Virus record (IMG/VR): IMGVR_UViG_3300042981_000082
Coordinates: 1 to 57,320 of that record
Length of the DNA stretch: 57,320 nucleotides
DNA from: a virus
Taxonomy: Duplodnaviria > Caudoviricetes
Strand: one strand, 5' to 3'
Made by a program: the position numbers and the translations under genes. Below the pieces are notes generated by a model, which saw only the letters and a program-made list of their open reading frames with translations, did not search any database and was not told where the DNA came from. Of this stretch, positions 1-9,309 are shown piece by piece; the first letter of the stretch is position 1, and the number at the start of each line of letters is the position of its first letter.

Positions 1-27
1 TTTGCTACTTCACATTCTGTCGTGCCG
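1..27. repeat. Terminal 27-nt direct repeat (circular assembly overlap), left copy
   Basis: tttgctacttcacattctgtcgtgccg at 1-27 is identical to 57294-57320. Confidence 0.97.
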
Positions 28-618
28 AGCGGAACAATTGCATCTCATCCCGCGCATAGTCATCACTTACCTTGTCAGGGTCACGACCGCTCAGTGGCAT
101 CTTGAGGTCCTCAACCCACTTCTCGTAGTTCTCCGGGTCGGCTAGGTGTTCTCCGGCCCATCGGAAGAGGAGGCTGTAGAAGCGGGGTGGTTCGAGGGCG
201 AAGGGGTCAACCCCGTTGAGCGCACACGTCCCGTCGATCTCTTGCCAGAAGCGGGCGGCGTAGGCGGTGAGTCGGACGACGGCTGCGTAGGAAAACCCGA
301 CCACTCCTCCACCAGCCATTCGATGATCTCCACCAGGCCGTCAATGTCGATGATCTTCTTCGCCAGCAGGCGCTCGATGGTGCGGAATCCCGACTCGCCG
401 AGCGTCCCGCGCACGAACGAGAACAGCACCTGGAGGACGTGCTGCTGGTCGTCCTCATCCTCGAAGTCCGTTGCCGCCACCAGGGCCAGCTGGCCGGTGG
501 AGGGCTTGGTGGAGGTCAGCTTGTAGACCTTCTTGGACTCCTCGTCAGTGATCTCGAACGGGATCGATGGCTCCTCCTCGGCACGAGCCGCGGCCTTGAA
601 TGATTTGATTGCGCTCAC
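5..618 (-). CDS. Tail assembly chaperone, long (-1 frameshifted, G-T type) form
   Basis: ORF 142-618 reads ...EWSGF over the heptamer G GGT TTT (298-292); the -1 frame continues as GFSYAAVVRL... to TAG at 5-7; lies directly upstream of the tape measure gene across the circular junction. Confidence 0.85.
142..618 (-). CDS. Tail assembly chaperone, short form
   Basis: 158 aa ORF with RBS-like GGAGAGGAG; lies in the tail operon upstream of tape measure. Confidence 0.85.
   Translation of the reverse strand: MSAIKSFKAAARAEEEPSIPFEITDEESKKVYKLTSTKPSTGQLALVAATDFEDEDDQQHVLQVLFSFVRGTLGESGFRTIERLLAKKIIDIDGLVEIIEWLVEEWSGFPTQPSSDSPPTPPASGKRSTGRVRSTGLTPSPSNHPASTASSSDGPENT
292..298 (-). promoter_or_regulatory. 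Programmed -1 frameshift slippery heptamer GGGTTTT
   Basis: X XXY YYZ pattern in frame (TCG GGT TTT CCT), with an open -1 frame downstream. Confidence 0.85.
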
Positions 619-648
619 GATGGCGCTCCTCTCCGTTTGATACGCAGT

Positions 649-1074
649 CTATATACCGTATCGACGCAGAACGGCATCCTTGGCATCGTCCATCCACGGG
701 TTCGGCGGCTGGCCGCGAACGCTCTTGCGCGCGGTGTATGTCGAGTACCAGGAGTGCGGGGCTGGTCGAACCACCATGTAGGGCCTGCCGTAGATCATGG
801 CGGGTGTCCCCTCGTGCACAAAGACAGCGTGATCGGAGTCGTTGTACAGCGTCGTCCGGCAGGACAGCGAGCCGTTCGGCGTGGTCACGAAGCCGTGCTG
901 GCGCTTGAGCTCTCCGGTGCGCGCCGGAGCCTCGGTGACCGCCTCCGCCACCATCTCCACGCCGAGCTTGCGCGCGAAGTCCCACACGTCGCCGCGTGGC
1001 AGGAAGATCGATTCCAGGGCTGCGAGGTTCACCGTGACGCGAACGCGGTTGACCGATGCGATACTAAACGCCAA
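649..1074 (-). CDS. HK97 gp10-like tail completion/neck protein
   Basis: TTG start with GGAGGAG RBS; motifs APARTGELK, HAVFVHEGT, VRGQPPNPWM typical of the HK97-gp10 family. Confidence 0.7.
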   Translation of the reverse strand: MAFSIASVNRVRVTVNLAALESIFLPRGDVWDFARKLGVEMVAEAVTEAPARTGELKRQHGFVTTPNGSLSCRTTLYNDSDHAVFVHEGTPAMIYGRPYMVVRPAPHSWYSTYTARKSVRGQPPNPWMDDAKDAVLRRYGI

Positions 1075-1603
1075 GGGGTCTCCTCCGCTGGGTGACCGTG
1101 ACGGACCAGGTGCCGCCGAGGCAGCCACCGCCGGGAGGCGTGGGGGTGTAGACGCCGAGCGCGTAGTCCAGGTCCTCGTCGTCCTCGTCGTGGCCCATGC
1201 AGCACTTGATCGCACGCACCATCGCGGCCATGTCAGCCATCTGCAACCGGGTCGCCTCCAGCTGCGCCGACACGCTGGGCGGAACGCCATCCTTGTTCGA
1301 CACCGGGGCGCAGCGCACGATGCCCACCTCGATCACGAACGCAAGCGGCTGATCGCACGTGGCGGACAGCGACTGATTGGGGAAGTTCACCGATGGGTAG
1401 GCGGTGACCAGCCGGGTCCACGCCTGGCCGCACGCGCCCTGGCAGGTGCAATAGTCGAACGCCGCCAGGCCACCGGGAATGACGCCGCAGAAGCAGGTCT
1501 GGGGAAGGCCGGATGCGTTCAACTCCTCGCACACGCAAGTAGCCAGGTCCACCAGCCTCGGATAGACCCAGTAGTCCTCGCGGAAGGGGATCGGCTCGGC
1601 CAC
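1064..1603 (-). CDS. Putative tail terminator / tail completion protein (Cys-rich)
   Basis: GTG start overlaps the upstream stop (TAGTG); CGQAWTRLV...EVGIVRC...GGCLGGTW; synteny after the adaptor gene. Confidence 0.6.
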   Translation of the reverse strand: MAEPIPFREDYWVYPRLVDLATCVCEELNASGLPQTCFCGVIPGGLAAFDYCTCQGACGQAWTRLVTAYPSVNFPNQSLSATCDQPLAFVIEVGIVRCAPVSNKDGVPPSVSAQLEATRLQMADMAAMVRAIKCCMGHDEDDEDLDYALGVYTPTPPGGGCLGGTWSVTVTQRRRPLGV

Positions 1604-2394
1604 TATGCGGTCCTCTGTCGGGGGGTGGGAAGGTCGGGACTCAGGATCCTCGGCACGGTCTTGTGCCCGTACGGGTTGAAGATCTTCACCACGGCATCCA
1701 CGTTTGCGATCCCGGTCGTGCCGCCCTCGAACGGGTTGGCGTTCATCTCCATGGTCACGCCCTGGCGCGTGATGGCGGTGACGTTGGCAGGCAGCGCACA
1801 CTCCTGGCCGGTGCAGTCCTTGGCGACCTCGGCGGCGAGCATCCCGGCAGCCATGGTGAACAGCGGGTTTGTCGGATAGCCCTGGATGTAGGTGACCACG
1901 AACGAGCCGACCGTGCCCTCGGGCGCGTTCATGTCTTGGCAGGCAGGCCAGGCGTCGCCGTCCTGGCGCACCAGCCACATGCCGTTGTCCACCCGGTAGG
2001 CGTCCGGGGCGAGGGCGGCACCGTCGATCTCCACCGACACGATGCCGCCGATGGGGCCGATCAGCCTGATCTGCTGGATCGTGGTGCAGCTGCAATCATC
2101 CCCAGCGCAGCCGCACGAGTTGATCCACTGTCCGTTGACCACGCTCGGGTTGAGCGTCCCGTTGCCATAGCCATTGAGGCCGTTGAACTGGGTTGGAGCG
2201 ACGTACCACGTCCCCGCCGAGCAGCGGCGCGAGCATGGCCGCACAGCAACTGGACATTGGTCACCGGGGATCTGGTAGGCCAGGAGCGCGTTCAGCAGGC
2301 TCCAGCCCAGCAACTCGCTGCGCGCCTTGATCTGCGGGTCGAGGCTATCGACGGCTGGATAACACGACCAGTCTGCGGGTGGGTAGCAAGTCAC
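1603..2394 (-). CDS. Head-to-tail adaptor
   Basis: 263 aa; CPVAVRPC, YRVDNGMWLVRQDG..WP.CQD, CALPANVTAITRQGV, TGIANVDAVV..NP motifs of actinophage adaptors; synteny. Confidence 0.75.
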   Translation of the reverse strand: MTCYPPADWSCYPAVDSLDPQIKARSELLGWSLLNALLAYQIPGDQCPVAVRPCSRRCSAGTWYVAPTQFNGLNGYGNGTLNPSVVNGQWINSCGCAGDDCSCTTIQQIRLIGPIGGIVSVEIDGAALAPDAYRVDNGMWLVRQDGDAWPACQDMNAPEGTVGSFVVTYIQGYPTNPLFTMAAGMLAAEVAKDCTGQECALPANVTAITRQGVTMEMNANPFEGGTTGIANVDAVVKIFNPYGHKTVPRILSPDLPTPRQRTA

Positions 2395-2444
2395 GATTCT
2401 CCAATGTTCGGGTCTATTCTCCCTCGCACCTGACGATATCCCGG

Positions 2445-3707
2445 TCAGGCCGAGTCGAGGTCTCCAGACAGGAAGATGGTTCCGTTGCCACCGCCACCAG
2501 CCGTTGCAATTCCTGTCACCCGCGCGACACCACGAGTGAGCGTGGCGACCTTGCCGAGCGGCACCACGATGGTGATCCCGGCGGCAGCCGCGAAGGTGAT
2601 CTTGCGAACGTCAGTGACGAAGGTGAGATCGAGGATGTCTGGGTTGCCGAACGTCGGGAACTTCTGGAACGTGAGCGTCTGTGCGGTGTTGCGCGCGAAC
2701 CAGACATCCCCCGGGTTGCTATTGGCCGGGACGACGTTGCCGGAGACGATTGACACGATCTGCCTCGGGGCGGCAGTGAACGGGGTGAGCTTGTAGAAGG
2801 CGGCACCGGCCAGCGTGTCATATGTGGTGCGCTCGATGTACTCGATGCCCCTATCGCTATCACCCTCGAACTCGATTGTCTGGAATACGGCACCATACAG
2901 ATTCGGATCGCCGATGACGACGGTGAGCCTGGCCCACCTGCCGAAGAACGTTCCGTTCCACAGTGGGTCAACGATTGTCGTGTCGTGCGCCACGGGACCG
3001 GTGTTGGATGGGTCAACCAGTGAGTAGACACCCGGTGTCGTGTAGTCATTCAGGTTCGCCGTGCCAGGGATGATCGGCAGCTGGTCAGCCCAGGAGGTGT
3101 CGAAGTCTGTGGCGGATGCCTTCTTGAGGATCTGGCCGGTCGTGCCACCGGCGGCAACGCCAGGCCCGGCGTCACCCTGTGGCCCCTGTGGGCCGATATC
3201 GCCCTGGGGACCCTCTGGCCCGGTGTCTCCCTTGTCGCCCTTGGTGATCAGTACGCCACCGCTGGAGATCAGCGGAGCAACGACGGTGAGGTCAACTGGG
3301 TTGCCCAGGCCACCGTTGGCGTTGGGGTCCCATGTCTCGACGTTGAACGGGTATCCAGGTAGCTGGACGGCTCGCCCCGCGTTATCGAGGTCGAACGAGA
3401 CCTCCCAGGTGTAGTCCGTTGGGTTGGTCGCCGGGTCATCGGTCGCCAGGATCCAGGCGAACCGCTCGCCGTTGCGGGTGAGGTATCCCTCGCCATCCAG
3501 CGTGCAGACGACCAACTGCGGGACCGCCGACACCGGGACCGGCTGAGCGCTCACGATGCGCAGCAGCGTTGGAGTGGGGCGCAGGTAGATCGAGCCGGAG
3601 AGCGGGACGGCGTTAGGGAAGTCGTCGGGGCTGGTCGTGACGCTCCCGTTGATCGCCATGAAGCGACCAACGACCTTGCCGTACGTCAGCGGCGGCAACT
3701 CGGCCAT
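2445..3707 (-). CDS. Minor tail/fibre-like protein with collagen-like G-X-Y stretch
   Basis: 420 aa; N-terminal YGKVVGRF...LDGEGYL...LATDDPATNP attachment domain; GDKGDTGPEGPQGDIGPQGPQGDAGPG; GGTTGQILKKASATDFDTSW. Confidence 0.7.
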   Translation of the reverse strand: MAELPPLTYGKVVGRFMAINGSVTTSPDDFPNAVPLSGSIYLRPTPTLLRIVSAQPVPVSAVPQLVVCTLDGEGYLTRNGERFAWILATDDPATNPTDYTWEVSFDLDNAGRAVQLPGYPFNVETWDPNANGGLGNPVDLTVVAPLISSGGVLITKGDKGDTGPEGPQGDIGPQGPQGDAGPGVAAGGTTGQILKKASATDFDTSWADQLPIIPGTANLNDYTTPGVYSLVDPSNTGPVAHDTTIVDPLWNGTFFGRWARLTVVIGDPNLYGAVFQTIEFEGDSDRGIEYIERTTYDTLAGAAFYKLTPFTAAPRQIVSIVSGNVVPANSNPGDVWFARNTAQTLTFQKFPTFGNPDILDLTFVTDVRKITFAAAAGITIVVPLGKVATLTRGVARVTGIATAGGGGNGTIFLSGDLDSA

Positions 3708-3729
3708 GCTGCACCTTTCCCCAGTTGTG

Positions 3730-3768
3730 GCGAGGAGGCCCGACCCGTGACGAGTCGAGCCTCCTCGC
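3730..3768 (-). terminator. Stem-loop after major tail gene
   Basis: gcgaggaggc/gcctcctcgc inverted repeat extended by G-U pairs on the minus strand; no U tract. Confidence 0.6.
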
Positions 3769-3784
3769 TTACTTCAGCTGATGC

Positions 3785-4729
3785 CTACGGGCCAGTAACG
3801 GTGACGGTCGTACTGACCCAGGTGCCGTTGGTCGATGCCTTGACCGTGTAGGTCCCGGCTGCCGCGTAGGTGTGCGACACGTCGCCCAGGTCCTCGGCAG
3901 GCACATAGTCCCAGGTGCCATCTCCGAAGTCGTAGTACACCGGCTCCGTGACATCGCTGGGCGTGGTGGCGAACGCGACGACCAGGCCGGTCGGCGTGCC
4001 GGTGATGGCGGTGATCGCCGTGGCTGCCGGGTCCAACAGCGGCCTCGTGCCACATGCTGCGGCAGGAGGTGCGACGTTGGTCTCGATCAGACGCAGGGCG
4101 ATGGAGGTGCCAATCGGCGTCACCATGGGACCGGGCAGGCCACCCGAGCCGAGCATGATGTCGTTGTATGGACCGACCCCCCAGGCGTTGCCCTTCTTGG
4201 TGTTCGCGCCGGTGAGCGTGAAGGTGACCGCATCGTTCTCAACGGTGAAGTCACCCACGATGCCGCCGGATGCGAACGGGACCAGGAGGTATCCGTAGCT
4301 ACCCTGTGCACCCTCGGTCGCGCAGGCGTCGCCGCCGGAGACACCGGCCCACAACTCCAGCGCGAATCCCTGACCGGCCAGGTCCACGTCAACGTCGATG
4401 TCGAAGCCGATGACGTTTCCGTCAGGGTCCTCGACGACCGGGTTGCCGGTGACCATGGCGAACAGATCCAGGTCCACCTCGCAGAATGCGATCTCGATCC
4501 CGTAGCCGGTCAGCGTGGTGGCTGCCGGTTCGTAGATGCAGGTCTCGCCAGCGGCGTTCGTGACGTTGATCTCGTCCGAGTCGTTCGTGTTGGCCGAGAA
4601 GTCAACACTGATGAAGCCTTTGCTCACCACGCTCGACGAGTCGCCATAGACCGGACGGCCACAGGCGTCCAACCGGGTCAGGCGAATGCGTCGGCCTTTG
4701 ACGAGCGAGAGGCACTTTGCGGTTGCCAT
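3785..4729 (-). CDS. Major tail protein with C-terminal PKD/Ig-like domain
   Basis: GRRIRLTRLDACG, EINVTNAAGETC, GFALELW, GDFTVENDAVTF; C-terminal YYDFGDGT...SHTYAAAGTYTV is a PKD signature. Confidence 0.88.
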   Translation of the reverse strand: MATAKCLSLVKGRRIRLTRLDACGRPVYGDSSSVVSKGFISVDFSANTNDSDEINVTNAAGETCIYEPAATTLTGYGIEIAFCEVDLDLFAMVTGNPVVEDPDGNVIGFDIDVDVDLAGQGFALELWAGVSGGDACATEGAQGSYGYLLVPFASGGIVGDFTVENDAVTFTLTGANTKKGNAWGVGPYNDIMLGSGGLPGPMVTPIGTSIALRLIETNVAPPAAACGTRPLLDPAATAITAITGTPTGLVVAFATTPSDVTEPVYYDFGDGTWDYVPAEDLGDVSHTYAAAGTYTVKASTNGTWVSTTVTVTGP

Positions 4730-4753
4730 TTTTCCCTCCTGGGAAGTGGTGGG

Positions 4754-5134
4754 TTACTTTTTTGCAGCAGCGGACTTCGCGGCTGGTTTCTTCGCGGGCT
4801 TGGCCTCGTCCTCGGACTTGTCCTCGTCCTTCGCGGGTTCGGCTGCTGGTGCCGCCTGCCCCGCATCGTCGGCTTTGGACTGATCCGCCCCATCCGCCTC
4901 GGTCTTTGTCTCGTCGCCATCCGGCTCCGGGGTGCTCTCCGGCTCGGTCGATTCGGCCTGGTCGAAGCTGCCCTCCTCGAACTTGTCGAGAACGGCGTTG
5001 GGCACCAGGTAGCCATCGGCCACGGTGCGAACGACATCTGCTGGGTAGCCAGCGGCCTCGGCTGCCGCCAGGGCTGCGCGAGCGTTGTCCCGGCCACGAC
5101 CGGGGATGATTCCATATCCTTCTGGGGTTGCCAT
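4754..5134 (-). CDS. Hypothetical virion-associated protein (acidic/Lys-Ala tail)
   Basis: 126 aa ORF with RBS between the capsid pentamer and major tail genes. Confidence 0.7.
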   Translation of the reverse strand: MATPEGYGIIPGRGRDNARAALAAAEAAGYPADVVRTVADGYLVPNAVLDKFEEGSFDQAESTEPESTPEPDGDETKTEADGADQSKADDAGQAAPAAEPAKDEDKSEDEAKPAKKPAAKSAAAKK

Positions 5135-5146
5135 GTCTCTACTCTC

Positions 5147-6142
5147 CTATGGTGTCGAAACGACCGGGTTTGCAGGATCGGTGCTGTCCACCGTGATCCC
5201 TGTTCCTGCGACGACCGACTGCACAACGCCGGGATCGCCCTGGGGTCCAACGAGGGAGGCGAGCCATTCGGTCTCGGTTCCCACGAATCCGTTATCGACC
5301 GCGATCTGGTATGCGGATTCTCCAGCTGGTCCCACGCTTCCACCTCCGGTCAGTGCGGTGTCGATCAGGATTGCCGCCACGATGCACTCGACCGTGACGA
5401 CGTAGGTGCGCTCGGCCAGGGCACGAGCGCGGTTGATCGTGATGTCATCGACCTTCTCGGACAACACCGGCGTGCGCCAGATGTTGACCTGGCCGGTGAC
5501 GTAGGCCCAGTACTGTCCAGCAGCTGGAGCCGCCTGACCGGCGGGACCGGTCGAGAGGTCGTAGCCCGATCCTGCCGCAACCGGCGTGCCAAGCCCGGTT
5601 GACAGCGAGAAGTCGAGGCTGGGGAAGATCACGCTCTCGCTGATGCCCAGGGTCGCCAGGCGCCGGTCGATGTGGATCATCGGCATCCCGGGGTAGTTCT
5701 CGGATGCGTACTGCTCCAGGGCCGCGATGCCCTCCACGATGCCAACCGGCGTCGTGGAGATGATGTCGGTGGCTGCGAGATTGAGCACCGAAAGCTGGAA
5801 GCCCTTCTCGACGCCGTAGGACTCACCATCGGCGTGTGCCTTGCGAGCGCGCGCCTCGTAGTCCTCCGATCCCATCAGGCCGCACTCGACACCGGTGTAG
5901 GTGGCGAACGGGTCTGAGGCAATCGTGTCGATGCCGTCGAAGCTCTTGGTTCCCGTGGTGTTCAGGATGTCCCAGCACAGACCGGGAGCAAACTGCGGAA
6001 GCGTGCAGCCCTCGGTGATGTACGTGATACCCATTGCCGCGTGGGGGTCGCTCTCGTCGATGACGTTCGCCACCGACAGGAGGCCTCCCACGCTGGGACG
6101 ACGCTGCGGAGATTCCACAACGAGGCCGGGTCCTGTAGCCAT
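5147..6142 (-). CDS. Major capsid pentamer protein (second capsid gene) with C-terminal fibre-like extension
   Basis: 331 aa directly after the main capsid gene; GTPVAAGSGY, TGQVNIWR, N...ALAERTYVV..EC motifs; extra SAYQIAVDNGFVGTETEWLASLVGPQG tail. Confidence 0.75.
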   Translation of the reverse strand: MATGPGLVVESPQRRPSVGGLLSVANVIDESDPHAAMGITYITEGCTLPQFAPGLCWDILNTTGTKSFDGIDTIASDPFATYTGVECGLMGSEDYEARARKAHADGESYGVEKGFQLSVLNLAATDIISTTPVGIVEGIAALEQYASENYPGMPMIHIDRRLATLGISESVIFPSLDFSLSTGLGTPVAAGSGYDLSTGPAGQAAPAAGQYWAYVTGQVNIWRTPVLSEKVDDITINRARALAERTYVVTVECIVAAILIDTALTGGGSVGPAGESAYQIAVDNGFVGTETEWLASLVGPQGDPGVVQSVVAGTGITVDSTDPANPVVSTP

Positions 6143-6166
6143 GTGCCCACCTCCTCTCAGGTTGAT

Positions 6167-6200
6167 GCCGGGGGATCGTGGATGGGCACGACCCCCCGGC
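6167..6200 (-). terminator. Stem-loop between the two capsid genes
   Basis: gccggggg-a-tcgtg / cacga-cccccggc inverted repeat. Confidence 0.6.
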
Positions 6201-6206
6201 TATCGA

Positions 6207-7865
6207 CTACGGGGTGACGCAGGTCAATTCGGCTGCGCCGGTGACGCCAGCGAGGCAGCTGATGTCGATGGTCACCTTGCGGCCTGAGCCACAGGTGTTG
6301 ACGACCAGGAAGCCCTCTTCGAAGAATGCCGCCGTGTAGGTGTTGGTTGAGAGGCCGGTGGAGTCGTAGACCGTATCCAGGTCGATGACATCCGTGCGTC
6401 CGCGAACGTACGCGCCAGCCGGGTAGATCAGGACCTCAACCGTTGTCGGCCACGCCTGCCCGACCGTTGCACCCGTGGTGGCAATCGGCTGGTAGTCGTA
6501 GACCCACTGGATGGCGATGTTGCGCACCGAGAAGTAGCCCTGGATCTGCGCGTCGGTCACCGCCAGGAGGTCAACGCCATTGCGGCGCGAGAGGTCGCTG
6601 CGCACGATTTCCTTGAGCCACAGCGGGGCGACGACCTCCAGTGTGGCGCTCGGGTCGAGTGCGTACTGGTAGCGGAGCACCACGGCCTGGAGGCTGATGG
6701 CGTCCAGAACATCTGCGGTCGAGCCGCCGATGCCGGTGAATGCCGTTGCCGCGCCGATCAGCGTGGAGATGCGCGAGATGGTCTGCGCGTTCAGCTTGTG
6801 AGCGTGAGCGGCAGCGCCGATCTCCAGGATGCGGCGGGTCAACTCCGGGTAGCCCACGTTGGTCAGGATGCCGTTCTTGACACAGAAGCCGATCACGTCC
6901 AGGCGTACCTCGTCGAATGCCGGGCACTCGATGTCGTAGCAGACCTTCACGGTTCCGGCCTCGGCCTGCGCCTCGGTCTGGAGGAAGCCCCAGTCCGCAG
7001 CCAGCGTCGAGTAGTCAGGACCCTTGGTGTAGCGGATGCCGCCTCGGCGCACATCCACCTCGGGAACGCTGATCAGGCCGGTCACTGTCTCCAGCGAGCA
7101 GAAGTCGTAGACCGTCTCGCTCGGTGCACACCAGCCACCGGCTGCCACCAGGGAGTTGCCCGGGAGGCGAGCTTCCTTGGCCGCGTCCATGATGGTGCGG
7201 TAGGTCGCGTCCTGGTCCATCAGATCGACGGAGAACTCGTTCTTCGCCTTGCGGATCTTGCCGACGCCGAACCGCTCGAAGCGCTCGGGACCGCCGTTGC
7301 CGCCGCCGAGGTTCTTGAAGTTGCGGGAGCGGTTCTGGAATGCCGAGACCATCTGGTCGAAGTCATCCAGTTCCTGACCGGCCTCGAACTCGGCCACGTT
7401 GGCGGCTGCCACCAGGGTGTAGTTCTTCTCTGCCGGTGGGATGACGACCGCTGTTGCCTGGCTTGCGGCCTGGCGAGCAGCGGAACGCTTGGCCGATGCG
7501 GTCACAAGTTCCTTCTCCTCTTCATCGACCAGTTCGCTTGCGTCGTCGGGAACGACGATCTTCTCGTCATCCTCCTCTGTGCTCTCGTCTGCGTCCTCGT
7601 CGGCGGAATCTGCCGCCGTCAGCTTTCCGCGTGCAGCGGCGAGTCGTGTTGCCTTGTCGGCTGCTGCGCTGGCGCGCGATGCCTGCTCGCTCTCGATGGC
7701 GTCCGTGGCGTCCGCCAGGGCCTCGATGTCCGACAGCTGCTCGTCGGTGATGAGCGAGTCCTCGACCTCAAGCAGTTCCTTGGATTCTGCGAGTGCCTCG
7801 GTGATGAGCGACGCAAGCTCTGCGTCGGAGAGGGCCTTGAGGTCCTCGGGAAGCTTGAACTTCAT
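6207..7865 (-). CDS. Major capsid hexamer protein with N-terminal scaffold-like region
   Basis: 552 aa; acidic coiled-coil N-terminus; SLVAAGGWCAPSETVYD, RRGGIRY, CPAFDEVRL motifs typical of this capsid family. Confidence 0.88.
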   Translation of the reverse strand: MKFKLPEDLKALSDAELASLITEALAESKELLEVEDSLITDEQLSDIEALADATDAIESEQASRASAAADKATRLAAARGKLTAADSADEDADESTEEDDEKIVVPDDASELVDEEEKELVTASAKRSAARQAASQATAVVIPPAEKNYTLVAAANVAEFEAGQELDDFDQMVSAFQNRSRNFKNLGGGNGGPERFERFGVGKIRKAKNEFSVDLMDQDATYRTIMDAAKEARLPGNSLVAAGGWCAPSETVYDFCSLETVTGLISVPEVDVRRGGIRYTKGPDYSTLAADWGFLQTEAQAEAGTVKVCYDIECPAFDEVRLDVIGFCVKNGILTNVGYPELTRRILEIGAAAHAHKLNAQTISRISTLIGAATAFTGIGGSTADVLDAISLQAVVLRYQYALDPSATLEVVAPLWLKEIVRSDLSRRNGVDLLAVTDAQIQGYFSVRNIAIQWVYDYQPIATTGATVGQAWPTTVEVLIYPAGAYVRGRTDVIDLDTVYDSTGLSTNTYTAAFFEEGFLVVNTCGSGRKVTIDISCLAGVTGAAELTCVTP

Positions 7866-7976
7866 GAGATGTCTCCTGGTTGTAGGCGAACGGGTGGTTT
7901 ATGGATTGAGCTACGCTCGGTGATCGCCACCCGCCTACGGCCGGAGTGTGATGTTCTGTCTGCAATTATGCACACA

Positions 7977-8016
7977 CGAAAGCCCCGAGGCCAACAATCG
8001 GCTCTCGGGGCTTTCG
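7977..8016. terminator. Bidirectional intrinsic terminator-like hairpin
   Basis: cgaaagccccgag...ctcggggctttcg. Confidence 0.7.
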
Positions 8017-8025
8017 GCGTGTTGC

Positions 8026-8460
8026 TTACTTGAGGTCCGCGTTGCTGCGCAGAACGGGGAGCGCGGCCAGGGCCTTGGCCTGGTTGTTCGGGATGATCCC
8101 GACGCCTGCCGCCACGACGAACGCGAGGATGACAGCTGCCCAGTTCGCTCCGGTGACGGTGCTCCAGCCGGTGGCCGAGGCCACGATCAGCACGAGCGCC
8201 TGGAGTCCGGCCAGCACGCCAGCGGCGATGGCCTTGAGCCACCACTTCTGGCTGAGCCAGGCGACCGGCACGACGGTCACGGCGGCGATGATCGCGTTGA
8301 CGATCAGGGCTGGCGTGATCGGTCCCGCCATCAGGCCGCTCAGCACGATGGTTGCAGCCGAGCCGAAGATGGCGATGATCGCCTTGGTGTATTCACCGGG
8401 CTGGCTATCAGTTACTTCTTGTCCACCCTTGGTTACGATTGCTTTCGGTGCGTTGCTCAT
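8026..8460 (-). CDS. Holin-like membrane protein (about 4 TM)
   Basis: YTKAIIAIFG...; two repeated hydrophobic hairpins ending GVGIIPN; ATG with RBS at 8460. Confidence 0.65.
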   Translation of the reverse strand: MSNAPKAIVTKGGQEVTDSQPGEYTKAIIAIFGSAATIVLSGLMAGPITPALIVNAIIAAVTVVPVAWLSQKWWLKAIAAGVLAGLQALVLIVASATGWSTVTGANWAAVILAFVVAAGVGIIPNNQAKALAALPVLRSNADLK

Positions 8461-8836
8461 AATCCCTCTCCCTCGGCTCGCGCCGCTCCTGCTGTTTGCG
8501 GAGTATTTCTCTAACCTTCGCACGTGGCATCGTAGCCGCATCCACCGGCCAGGCCGGGATTGACTCTTCGGGAACGCCGTGCTCGATCATCTTCCGGCGC
8601 AGCAGCGATGAGTACTCGGCCTGCTTGCGACGCACCATGGCTTCGTGATCCAACTCGCGCTCGGCCTCGTCGGCACGGCGCTGGGCCTCGTCCGCCCGGC
8701 GTCGTTCGTATTCGACTGCATCGCGCTCGCGACCAGCCTTGCCGCCGATCCATTTGCCCAGCGACTGGATCAGCCGCAGAAGAACAGCGCCGCCACCCAG
8801 GGCAGAAATGAGGGCAACGATGTCCTGAACGGTCAC
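8408..8836 (-). CDS. Membrane protein, N-terminal TM plus coiled coil (lysis-associated)
   Basis: IVALISALGGGAVLLRLI followed by a charged coiled coil. Confidence 0.6.
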   Translation of the reverse strand: MTVQDIVALISALGGGAVLLRLIQSLGKWIGGKAGRERDAVEYERRRADEAQRRADEAERELDHEAMVRRKQAEYSSLLRRKMIEHGVPEESIPAWPVDAATMPRAKVREILRKQQERREPRERDYEQRTESNRNQGWTRSN

Positions 8837-8842
8837 GGTCCC

Positions 8843-9253
8843 CTACTTTCGTGGCGCTATGAGATACAGCCGAATCTCCCAGGTTCGAAGCACAAACACC
8901 ACGATCCACGCCGAAACAAAGCACCAGAATGCGATGCGCAACGGCACGTCGTCGGTTGGACTGAATGCCAGCAGCACCGAGTAGATGGCGATGCCGACCA
9001 TGATTGAGAGGATTCCCACACGCTCGATGTAGTTCCATCCTGGCAGAACGGCGAGCATCCCCAGCAAGCCGCCGAGCACGAGGAAGCCGCCCCAGACCAG
9101 AGTCTGCAAGCCGCTGATCCCATGGAACAGATTCGGCTCGCCGATGACCACGGCGGAGCCTGCCACGAGGTGGAATCCGTAGAGTACGAAGAAGCCCACC
9201 CGCTGGACGCGGGGCTGGGCGATGCTCCCCCACAATTTGCGAAGCCAGGTCAC
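8843..9253 (-). CDS. Membrane protein (about 4 TM)
   Basis: Four hydrophobic segments; GTG start with GGAGG RBS (ORF extends to 9325). Confidence 0.65.
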   Translation of the reverse strand: MTWLRKLWGSIAQPRVQRVGFFVLYGFHLVAGSAVVIGEPNLFHGISGLQTLVWGGFLVLGGLLGMLAVLPGWNYIERVGILSIMVGIAIYSVLLAFSPTDDVPLRIAFWCFVSAWIVVFVLRTWEIRLYLIAPRK

Positions 9254-9309
9254 CTCAGCCCTCCGGTGGGAGATCGATGCGCGTTGCGTCCTCGGTGGTG
9301 CTCCCGGGG

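Noticed and set aside
1-27. Biological terminal repeat or att site
   Set aside because: The break falls within a gene in the tail operon; a k-mer overlap from assembling a circular or permuted genome is the simpler explanation.
3872-5602. Long antisense ORFs (e.g. 3872-5602 +, 41237-42901 -, 54740-55948 +, 20376-21656 -)
   Set aside because: These are shadow frames of real genes caused by high GC3 bias; they have no motifs or RBS.
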